Source of the DNA: Pseudogymnoascus verrucosus
Taxonomy: Eukaryota
Length of the DNA stretch: 64,000 nucleotides
Assembly (NCBI GenBank): GCA_001662655.1
Contig: KV460219.1
Reading direction: 5' to 3' (one strand)
The position numbers were made by a program, and so were the translations under genes. Shown one piece after another: positions 23,601 through 33,318 of this stretch; the first letter of the stretch is position 1, and every line of letters begins with the position of its first letter. Below the pieces are notes generated by a model. The model did no database searches. It saw nothing but the letters and a program-made list of their open reading frames with translations, and was not told the DNA's origin.

Positions 23601-24190
23601 AATATTTCTTCCACATGTGTACGGATTAAGCTAGGATAAAAAAAAATTGCAGAGAGATCATCAACTTTGACTTTGATGAAATGTCAAACATCAAAGTCTA
23701 CTACCTTAGATGCATAGGTATCTAGATGTATGCATTAGAAGTTTGATAGTATCTCTGATATAAATTCCGGATGATCGCGGGTAACAACAAGTAACTTAAG
23801 CCAGTGGGCTGAGGATAAATCCCTTGAAAAAAGAGCCTCAAGCTTCTTTAACAGAACTAATAGTGAGCTTTCTTCACATTCGTCAAGACCGTCCAGTATG
23901 CAATACACAGTACTACGCATAGCATCGCAAATCATAGCCTCAAAGATTTTCCAGAGTGTTTCCAGTGTAAATAGAGATGACTTTTCGACTTCGAAGCGTG
24001 GTAGAATGTAGTCGATTAACTTTGGTTGCAGCTGTAAAAGTTGGAAGAGTAGTCCTCTAAGAATCGCAACACCTGTATTACACTCATCCCTCCTGCTATC
24101 GCAGAAATATTGGAGGAAGTAGGTGTCTGGTATATCTGTCGTAGCTCGCTCAAGCTCTTCGGCGAGGAAGATTGAGATCATGGTTTTGCA
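20677..24190 (-). pseudogene. NACHT-ankyrin (NLR-like) pseudogene, truncated at Walker A and interrupted by a hAT element
   Basis: KTMISIFLAEEL, YFCD, ILDGLDEC (Walker B), KLLVVTR, ANGTFL*V (W>stop at 23570-23572), LEELYARML, VRLIH..AKDYL, YAVLYWQHHA, then many ankyrin repeats. Additional stops and frameshifts are present. Confidence 0.9.
22174..23122. mobile_element. Non-autonomous hAT-superfamily DNA transposon (949 bp), RIP-decayed interior
   Basis: 13-bp TIRs CAGTGTTGCCCGA / TCGGGCAACACTG; 8-bp TSD TTGTAGAT at 22166-22173 and 23123-23130; subterminal GAGTA(G/C)TAC repeats. Removing the element plus one TSD copy restores CFDYLQNGALIGDK. Confidence 0.92.
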
Positions 24191-24872
24191 TCACCGAGGC
24201 AGCAGCACATGTTGCATTGATAGCTGTGCAAACCAGACGAAATCTCGACGTGCAATTTTGTTGGAAATTTGGGGAGGACCGTGGGATTCTGGGTTTTAGC
24301 CTGGCTTGGCAAGAATCCCCAACTGATTCCACGGGCTCCCATACGCCACGGTTGGCGTACGGCTAGCTGGGCTGATACCCAACTGTAACACAGTCAAGGC
24401 ACTGAAGGTTTCGGCGGTGCTCTTAGAATTCCCATATATAGCTACGTAGGCCCATTAGATAGTGTAGTAATTCAATTGATCTATATACTCTATATACCGT
24501 ATTTACTGTTTGAAGCCTTCTGTTCTGTTGCGCCAAAGTGAAGAGTTCCGGCCACCGGAGACACCATACAATTCGTGTGTAGTCCCGGTATTCCCTTCCT
24601 TTCTCCAACACATTTTGTTCTGCCAAGCTTCACCGTGCCGACCCCGCGAACACGGTGTTTGCGCACTCCGTTCCCCGCGAACTTCCTGGAGCAGTCAATT
24701 GGCCAACATGGAAATGCTTGCTTGATTCATCAAGTATCCTTGTATGGGCTGTGAAATGGACTAGAGACGTCATAGTTATTCAACATCACACGTCCTCGAT
24801 CCACAGGATAAGATCGTGTCTCGCTACTACATAATCTTCTACATGGCTACTACCTCTAAACTTATAAGAACC

Positions 24873-26309
24873 ATGTCAAATATAACCAAATACGACGCAA
24901 TAATTATCGGCTCCGGGCAAGCAGGCACTCCGCTTGCAGGAGCCTTCGCCAAAACCGGCCAAAAGACTGCACTTATAGAACGCACTCACATTGGTGGTTG
25001 CTGCATCAATGAAGGCTGTACGCCTACAAAGACTATGGTGGCGAGTGGCCGTTCAGCGTATCTAGCACGGCGCGGTCAAGATTATGGTATCCATACAAAT
25101 GGGACTTTGAAACGACCCAATGAAATCAAGGTAGATATGCTGAAAGTGAGACAAAGGAAAAGGGATATCGTGGATAGCTTTCGACAAGGTAGCGAGAATC
25201 GGACGAAGGATGCGGGCGTGGATATTGTAATTGGCGAGGCTAAATTTGTTGATGAAAGGACGATCGAGGTTAAGATGGGTGATGGGAGTGAGAAGAGGGT
25301 TATGGGGGAAAAAATATTCATTAACACAGGAGCGAGACCTGTGCCTCCGAAGCTTAAGGGCCTGGAGAATATCGATCCAACGAAAGTTTTGGACTCTACC
25401 AGCGTTCAGGAATTGGATGTTGTACCAGCTCACTTGGTGGTAATCGGTGGTGGCTATGTTGGGGTCGAGTTTGCGCAGCTGTTCAGACGATTGGGCGCTA
25501 AAGTTACCATTCTACAGCGTGGAGAACAGCTATTGCAGCGAGAAGATAAGGAAGTTGCCGATGCACTCCTGGAGATTTTGAAGGAAGATGGATTGACAAT
25601 TAATTTGTACAGCAGTGCGTCTTCTATCTCCACCTCCTCAACTGGGTCGTTTGATCTCAACGTGCAGACCGAAGATGGCGAGAAAGCCATCAACGGAACC
25701 CATATCCTTTTTGCAGCTGGTAGAATCCCTAATACAGATGCATTGAATTTACCAGCTGCGGGTATCACCACGAATGCCAGAGGTTACATTGTCTCAAACG
25801 ATTTTCTTGAGACTTCGGCCAAGAATATTTACGTCCTTGGAGATGTGAAAGGGCCTCCTGCATTCACGCATGTCTCATATGACGATTTCCGCGTCATCAA
25901 AGCAAATGTACTCAACTCATCCGGAACCTCAACCAAACTCAGCATCAAGGACCGTCTCGTGCCTTACGTTGTGTACACTGATCCTCAGCTGGGACACATT
26001 GGCCTCCATGAGCATGAAGCTCGAGCAAAGTATCCTGAGCGGAAGATCAAGACTGCGAAGATGCCAATGTCTTATGTTGCGAGAGCGCTGGAAACAGACG
26101 AGTCGAGAGGCATGATGAAAGCGGTTGTCGACGGAGAAAGTGGGCAAATTTTAGGATTCACATGTTTGGGCATCGAGGGTGGAGAAATCATGAGTATTGT
26201 TCAGATGGCTATGATAGGTAATGTGAGTTATGAAAAACTGAGGGATGCCGTGTGGGCTCACCCAGCGTTGGCTGAGAGCCTGAACAATATTTGGGGGTTC
26301 TTAGAATGA
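24873..26309 (+). CDS. Class I pyridine nucleotide-disulfide oxidoreductase, RclA/'mercuric reductase'-like, intronless
   Basis: YDAIIIGSGQAG, GGCCINEGCTPTK redox motif, VIGGGYVGVEFA, YVLGDV, C-terminal HPALAESL; no C-terminal Cys-Cys. Alternative start at 24843. Confidence 0.9.
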   Translation: MSNITKYDAIIIGSGQAGTPLAGAFAKTGQKTALIERTHIGGCCINEGCTPTKTMVASGRSAYLARRGQDYGIHTNGTLKRPNEIKVDMLKVRQRKRDIVDSFRQGSENRTKDAGVDIVIGEAKFVDERTIEVKMGDGSEKRVMGEKIFINTGARPVPPKLKGLENIDPTKVLDSTSVQELDVVPAHLVVIGGGYVGVEFAQLFRRLGAKVTILQRGEQLLQREDKEVADALLEILKEDGLTINLYSSASSISTSSTGSFDLNVQTEDGEKAINGTHILFAAGRIPNTDALNLPAAGITTNARGYIVSNDFLETSAKNIYVLGDVKGPPAFTHVSYDDFRVIKANVLNSSGTSTKLSIKDRLVPYVVYTDPQLGHIGLHEHEARAKYPERKIKTAKMPMSYVARALETDESRGMMKAVVDGESGQILGFTCLGIEGGEIMSIVQMAMIGNVSYEKLRDAVWAHPALAESLNNIWGFLE

Positions 26310-26439
26310 TTGTTGTTGTACGATTTGTTAGTATCATTCGACTTGGAATTTTGCAATTGAAAAGGAGACAAAATGGATTATAATGAACTTAATTGATTGT
26401 ATTTACGCTATTTCCAAACTTGGTACAGAGTGGGGTGTG

Positions 26440-26640
26440 AGAAATTTGTGGCCCACAACCGCGGGGATGCGGTTGCAATGACCTGGAAGCCAGCTAGCTT
26501 GGCGAGCTGGATGGCGTAGAGACCTGTGGCGGTCGAACCAGCATAGATCAGGATTGAGGAGTCTTGCCGCCTTGGTTCGATGCTACCATCTATCCAGGGA
26601 ACAGCTAGACGGGTATTTAGGGCAAGCACGGCTGTAACAG
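26440..26640 (-). pseudogene. Fragment of a zinc-type alcohol dehydrogenase/trans-enoyl reductase-like (MDR) gene
   Basis: TAVLALNTRL..ILIYAGSTATGLYAIQLAKLAGFQVIATASPR is the NADP-binding segment of TOXD/LovC-like MDRs. Flanking parts of the gene are absent. Confidence 0.7.
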
Positions 26641-28368
26641 CGGAAGGCGTGATTCATCTATTGAGACTAGAATTCTTGAAGAGTTGACTAATATTAATGA
26701 CGATATTTGACGATTTGGTGCGGACGGCATTCAGAGAGCGCCTAGCGGCAGAACGAAAAAACGAGGAGCAAGAGTTGAAAAGGAGCCCAAAAAGGAAAGG
26801 TCAGCAAAAAGCAAACGAAGAATCTCGACCTAAAGTACAAGTCGGCAGTAAAGACAATTAAGGCTTCTTGTGGTATATGTTCCTAATGAAGGAGAGGACG
26901 ATTATACTCTATTAGATTTTGCACTAGAGGTGGACAACGATTCTGACACTGCATTACTCATGTTAGGTGTTAACTATCAACTGCATGTTAATGAGCGTAG
27001 AAATGGTAAGAACGGCTAATCTAAAAAGGAACCGCTGCTAAAACAGATCTATGAAATCCGTTCTATAAAGGAAAATGATAGGAAAGACAGAAGGGAAGAT
27101 AGGGGAATGAAGGAAAGAGAAGGAGCAGGTGTGTGTAGACACTAAACTAGGGGGGCATGCACTAACATAATGTCTATAGTGTTATGCACATAGAAAGCTA
27201 AATCCTAGAATTAGAAACCTATAGTCTAGGATGTAGAAACTAGAAACGGAATGTTATGTTAGATAGTACAGAAGTAGGGAAACGGGAAACGAGAAACGGG
27301 CAGCTGCTTTTGCAAAGTCGCGAAAAGCATGGTGATAAAAGTAGCTAGGCCTACTAACATAGAACGGAATATGGTAATTAGTTAACAGCAATCCAGCATC
27401 AGTTGTTTAGTAGTGTTAATCCATTGATGCTAGCTCATGTAGAGGGCCCTCTAATGCCAGTTTACCATTTCCTGATTCCCCTTTCTTAAATCCTAGAAAA
27501 GCAGCGACATATTAGCGCTCTGTTGCCTAGAAAAGAGTTAGATGCTAACATAGGGATATGTGGTTCGAGCCTAATAATTAGTTCGGAGCATCCAGGTCCC
27601 TACTAGTAGGTTGCAGTTGCATTAGCCAATGCCCGCGCATTACTGACACCGCCTAAAGACAGCCATCTGTGCATATTGTGGATGCAGTATAACTGCAACC
27701 CGCCACTCTAGGTTCGTGGAGAGACCAAGTTTCCGGGCAACAAGAAACTATTTTCCAGCTAAGATCATACAACCTAGGTTCGGTTTCTACCACAGCTTTC
27801 ATAAATTCAGTCTGAAGGTCGGCCGAAGCCCCGACGCCTTTTCCCTTTAACGCTCGAGCCCTCCGTATTCAATAATCTCCATATCGGGCTGACCCTTGAA
27901 GACAGCAGTTAATCATTCATGATAAAACACCTCCTCGTAGCCATGGTAAATACAGACTACACCACAGCCCTCCCTCCTGTTCCATAGAGAAAATGTGCCT
28001 GTTACAGGACTTTGACTGTTTGTGTATGGCCCCAAGGGGGGGGGGAGGTTATCCTGTATCGTCTACCACGCATTATCTGGAGTCAATGATAAACAATAGA
28101 AGCCATTTATTTATTATTCACACTTAGTTCTCAGTCCCTCGCCGTCCCACCAAGTAATTCCCTAGTGATTCGGCGTTGGCTGTAGGTTTTTTGCGCATTT
28201 CTTCGCCCAGACAGCAAGTTTTGCGCAGATTCCCTTCATCCGTTTAATAAATGTTTAAATCCAGTCTAAACTGTCTCAACGCTGCTCCAATAAGTAAGCA
28301 CCATTCATTCATTGCGCATATCTATTAATCCCCCCTTTACAACCTCCCCCCATTCCCCTCCAAACCCC

Positions 28369-28928
28369 CTAAAGCTCCCCACACATCGCAACCCCAACCT
28401 CCAAATCCGGCACCCCCTCCCCCCTCCTCCCCACCCCCGTCCTCCCCAACATCCTCAACCCCTCCAACCCCCCCTCCCCAAACACCCTCCCAATCGGCTC
28501 CCCCCTCGCCCCCCCCAACGAAATCACATACGCATTCCCCTCTCCCCCCCCTCCTCTCCCCCCTCCCGGCCCCCCCGCACCCGCCCACGCCAACTCCCCT
28601 TCTTCCAGAACTCTCCCCGTCGTCCCTGGCCCAGCGAACTGCTGAGGTGCGTGGGCAGGGGCGGCAGAGTCGGAACCGCCGTAGATCCCGATGCCGGGCA
28701 TGATGCGCGTGATGCGGCTGTTTTTGTAGCCGGGGGGGGCGGAGACGCATTGGAGATGGAAGGGGGGGGAGGTGGGGGTGGGGTAGAGCTCGAGGGGGAG
28801 GCGGGTTAGGGGTTGTCCGCCTATTGTTATGTCGAGGAAGACGCTGGAGGGGTGTTAGTTGGGTGAAAAGGGAGGGGGGAAGGAGGGACGTACAGCGGGT
28901 TGCCTGAGGGTGGGAGGACTGTAGGCAT
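28369..28928 (-). CDS. Highly divergent cyclophilin-like protein (CypH/PPIH-like ends); exons 28928-28894, 28843-28369; 169 aa
   Basis: Intron GTACGT..CTAAC..CCAG gives MPTVLPPSGNPLVFLDITIGGQPLTRLPLELY..FHLQC..GYKNSRITRIMPGIGIYGG..IGRV..GLEGLRML..PDLEVGVAMCGEL*. Termini match the cyclophilin beta1/beta2 and CGE end. Confidence 0.7.
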
Positions 28929-29544
28929 TTTTGCTGGGGTTGGGGTGTGTATCGTGGGTGATGGTTTGATAGTAACAAGTCTCGTCTCGTGACGATGCTT
29001 CAACCTCTGTTTCTCCGTTCTCGATATCCTCAAAAAACCCGTGACTTCTGCGCGACCTCTCTCTCTCTCTGACCCCACAAAAAATATCCCTCCGGATCTC
29101 AAATCTCCAAAAACCCGTGACTCCACAATAACCCCCTTGTCTTTATCCTTCTTGCCCGTGCGTAGTGTCCTCGTAGTCTTCTTCCCCCTGTCTCTTCCCT
29201 ACCCTTCTCAGCCTTCTTTTCCCGTCTCGTGACTATATGACGCCGCCTAAGTACAGGTACGTGCACAGTGGGTTCAAGAGGCGCTTTTTTTTCAGCCTGG
29301 GCGATGCTGCGCTGTCACTCTGGTTTTTTTTTCAGCTTGGTGGGGATCAGGGTCGTCCGTGGCGTCGGTGGGGTATTTGTTTTTGGACTGAATGGGCTTG
29401 GCTGGGTCGTTGGCTGGACTGGGCTGGATTTGTGGTGTTTGCCAGCAGACGGCTGTTGTTATTGAGTACACAGGTGAACTGCCCATCAGGTGTTACCTAA
29501 AAATGCTCCACTTTTATGACTAAACCCTGCACGTTAGTCAGCCA

Positions 29545-30250
29545 TGCTTGCGTAGCATCACCTAATATAGTCAGGTAAGGTAAAGAACAGTATATAATAG
29601 TACCCTAATTTCCTACTAAATTAAATTCTATAGGAAATAGTAACAATAACAGTAGTAATTCATTACTAATGCATTATTTATAATAGATGAGATTATTTTA
29701 CTACTTTAACTTAATCTATAGCCTAATACTATTACTATTAATAGTAATCTTTAATTTAAAGATAATAGATACTAGGAAGAACACCTTATTATAGAAGGAG
29801 GAGAGGAGGAGGTAAGAGCTACTTAATATATACCTAATGTATTACTAATATATTAAGCTTAAAATAACTATAGTTATTTTAAGTAATGTTAGTAATAAAG
29901 TAATAAGGGTAATAAAGGTAAACTATATAATGTATTTTATAAGTAAGTAGGCTATATAAGTAAGTAGGCTACTAAAATACTAAAATCTAACTATTATAAC
30001 TACTACTATACTACTAGCCTATATAATAACCCTTATTTAATTATAATTAATTCCTAGTACCTCTTATATATATAGGCATTATACTCTATAGTATAGATTT
30101 AAGTAAGAGAGAACACTCTATAGCTTATATAGAACTAGCCTTATAGCTTAGAATCTACTCTTAATATTCTACTCTATAAATATAGCTTTAAATACTTCCT
30201 TAAATATAGAGAGAAACTTAAGCTTTATAATATAATTTAGCTTATTCTAT
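29545..30250. repeat. AT-rich RIP-degenerate repeat relic
   Basis: Very AT- and TpA-rich, CpA/TpG depleted, no ORFs; adjacent to LTRs. Confidence 0.7.
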
Positions 30251-30702
30251 TGTAACGCTGGGTCTTAAACNNNNNNNNNNNNNNNNNNNNNNNNNNNNNN
30301 NNNNNNNNNNNNNNNNNNNNNNNNNNNNNNNNNNNNNNNNNNNNNNNNNNNNNNNNNNNNNNNNNNNNNNNATAGTTGGAATAGTAGACTCTCTGACTAT
30401 TCTCACTATTCCTACTAATCTAATCACGTGTGTGTCCTGTAAGAGGTGCCACACTTATTGCAGGTACCGATTCCCATAGGTGCCTTTCTAAGGAGGCACC
30501 TTGCTCTACACAGGTGCCTTTCCTAATAGGCACCTCTCCTTTGCCGGGTACCTTCCAAGAAAGGTACCTTTTCCCAAAGGTGCCCTCATTAACTAAGCTA
30601 CCTACAATCTCTGCGTCTATTTCCTGCTGCTAATTAGCCGCAAGCTATTTTACCTTATTATTCCATCTTGCGGCATATTAGTTGCATGTCTTAGCCGTAA
30701 CA
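30251..30702 (-). mobile_element. Solo LTR (Gypsy-like termini), spans the assembly gap
   Basis: Ends TGTAACG.. and ..CCGTAACA; 5-bp TSD TCTAT at 30246-30250 and 30703-30707; reverse complement of the LTR at 30756-31287. Confidence 0.85.
30271..30371. other. Assembly gap (N run)
   Basis: Run of n bases. Confidence 1.
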
Positions 30703-30755
30703 TCTATATAAAGGTTTTAATCTAACATCTATATAAAAGCTTTAGTAGAGTAAAG

Positions 30756-31287
30756 TGTTACGGCTAAAACATACAACCTATATACTATAAGATAGAGTAA
30801 TAAGGTAAAATAGCTTATGGCTAATTAGCAGCAGGAAATGGACGCAGAGACTGTAGGTAGCTTAGTTAATGAGGGCACCTTTAGGAAAAGGTACCTTTCT
30901 TAGAAGGTACCCGGTAAAGGAGAGGTGCCTATTAGGAAAGGCACCTGTATAGAGCAAGGTGCCTCCTTAGGAAAGCACCTATAGGAATCGGTACCTGTAA
31001 TAAGTGTAGCACCTCTTATAGGACACACACGTGATTTAGATTAGTAGGAATAGTAAGAATAGTCAGAGAGTCTGCTATTCTAACTATTCCCTTTAGCACG
31101 ATGCTACTATATAAGTAGATAGATAGTTCTTAGATAGGAGCTTCGTGCTCAACTCAATATAGTATTTTGTTATATACTATAACGTGTTTTACAAAAGCCT
31201 TTAGTGTCTGATCCCCTGCCTCCTCTGTCAAGTAAACCAACGTAACGAAACCTCTATAAGTCTTATAAGTTAAGACCTAGCGTTATA
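30756..31287 (+). mobile_element. LTR of the same family (~530 bp), more RIP-mutated, no matching TSD
   Basis: Starts TGTTACGG and ends GACCTAGCGTTATA (CA>TA). Differs from the inverted copy mostly by C>T/G>A. Flanks TAAAG and GGTAA do not match. Confidence 0.85.
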
Positions 31288-33318
31288 GGTAATTACTAAT
31301 AGTAAAAGTAATTAAGTAGTAGTAACAACTTTAGTAGATCTATTTAATGTTAAGAAAGTAGTGTCTATAGGCAATTTAGCTTAACTAATTAGCTTTATAA
31401 TAGTAGAGAGTCTTTAGGATTTAACGAATAAGTGCTATAGTAGCTGTTTTAGAGCTATAACAGCTACTAACTCTATTTGTAATTCTAGCTTACTTTCTAT
31501 TACTAACACTTAAAAGAGTAACTATTCTTTTTTAAATTAAACGGATTATGACAAGCAGCTGCTAGGACTGGAAGGAAGACAAAATAGGCTATTTCCTAAT
31601 AAGATGAGAAAACGATAGGTAGAAGGCGATAACAGACGAAGGGGCTAAGGGTAAATCATAGAAAGAATAGTCATTAAAGGGCGTAAATTGAGATTATGGC
31701 TCTATGAATGCGTTCTTTGCTACTGTAGGGTTTTAGGTTCACTAAGGCAAGATTAGGGAGATTCGTTAGGCGGAGTTATGCAGCGTGGAAGGGGTGGAAG
31801 GACCAAGCGTCTTACGGTGAGCGCAGCAGGTGCGAGAATGCTGGGAGGGAGGCGTAGTCAGAGGAGAGAGTACTCTTTTATGAAACTTCAAAGCGGCAGC
31901 AGCCATAGGCACACCCATTGTCCGATTAGGCGGGCGACAAACGCACAAATCAAACACCACGATCTAGATTACAATTCTTATAGGGTAGTCGCGATATTTT
32001 AGCACTTTTGCTTTTTAGCACCTTTGCTTATTTAGCACTTTGGTTATATATGCACGTCAAGGACTTAGGATTATTAGTTGATTAGGTGATATAGAGACTA
32101 AGCACAGATAAATTACAGTATAATGAAGTCTGTATTTAACTATAATAACCATGAACTGGTGTTTGTTTTCCTCCTGCGAAAGTGTTATAGGCATCGCGTT
32201 GGAGTTTGGTGGCACGACAGGCGAGACACTGTTACGCACAAAGGTCAGGTCCGAGGATGATGCTGGATGTGTAATGTGTGTCGACATAATGGCTCACGCA
32301 AATCGTTCGGATAGTTGGTGAAATTCTCGAGCCTATTGTTGCTTATTACGTTTGCGGTCTTCGCTGATCTTATGCAGATTGCTCGCGACGTCACGGTAAT
32401 TTGCGAACTCGCAGCGACTTGTCTTGCCGACCTTCTCATCTTGCTCGGCTTGAGGTCCGCCTATTCTTTCCCATTCATCCGGATTCTGTCAGGTACGGTT
32501 TTGGACCCTTTCATACACAGCGAACATGTCATCCCGTCTCCCCCCACTTCACAGCTTCGAACAAAAATGCAAGAGATCAATCTCAGAGCCATGCGATGGC
32601 CATTCCCAGTCTAGAAGATCATCCAGAGGTGAATATTCTCATCAACTCAGGCGATCGGCGATTCTCATCATTCGGCAAATCTCGGGGTCTCCACTCCAGC
32701 TGAGCACAGCAGTAAGTTTAGCGATGAGGATGCTCGTCCTGCGAGCCTGTCTCTAGCACGAGGTCACGATGAGAGTGGTCTAACGGCCGGCGTGTCAGCC
32801 ACCATGCCACTTAGACTGCGACAGACGCCGTGCTGGCACGCCCGTATGGCGGCTGACACACGGGCGTCCCAGTCTAAATGGGGTAAGTCATTTCTGGTTT
32901 AGCACATACATGCATGGTATAAACCGTTATACGGCAGGCTACGGGCCGCCCCGAATGACCGTTGGCTGCTTCAGCCTTACAACCACATGCGATTTGTCCT
33001 CTCGATATGCTAGCCTCCTACCTTCCTTTTCTTTTCTATTCCCTTTTGCTATATTTTGCATTACTAGCGATCGTAACCAAATTTTTGCTATGCTGTTCTG
33101 CCTAATGTTTGACTCTCATTGGCTACAAGTGGGTCATAGGACTTTGATCGCTGTGATCATCCTAAGACTCGTTAATAGTGGCGCTCCCAGGCCACCCAGA
33201 AAGGGCCGCTTAAGGAGAAAATGTTTCAAACTTGGATTATTTAACACCGCTCTAGTCCCCTTCTTTGCGACACTATGGGCAATATCATCGTCTCCAGTCT
33301 TCATTCTCTATTGCCATT

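Noticed and set aside
24873..26309. True mercuric reductase merA
   Set aside because: No C-terminal Cys-Cys pair or NmerA domain, and it has an HPxxxE ending. Symbol withheld.
26660..26860. Short charged coding-like frame
   Set aside because: Under 60 codons with no family resemblance. It may be a gene remnant but I cannot support a call.
27540..27600. tRNA or SINE suggested by a GGTTCGAGCC B-box-like motif
   Set aside because: I could not build a cloverleaf or find a matching A-box or acceptor stem.
28312..28978. Pro-rich 165-aa (+) and 213-aa (-) ORFs
   Set aside because: Shadow frames of the spliced cyclophilin-like gene.
30445..30584. CRISPR-like repeat-spacer pattern
   Set aside because: Repeats are only 6 bp and spacers 10-12 bp, they lie inside an LTR, there are no cas genes, and the context is eukaryotic.
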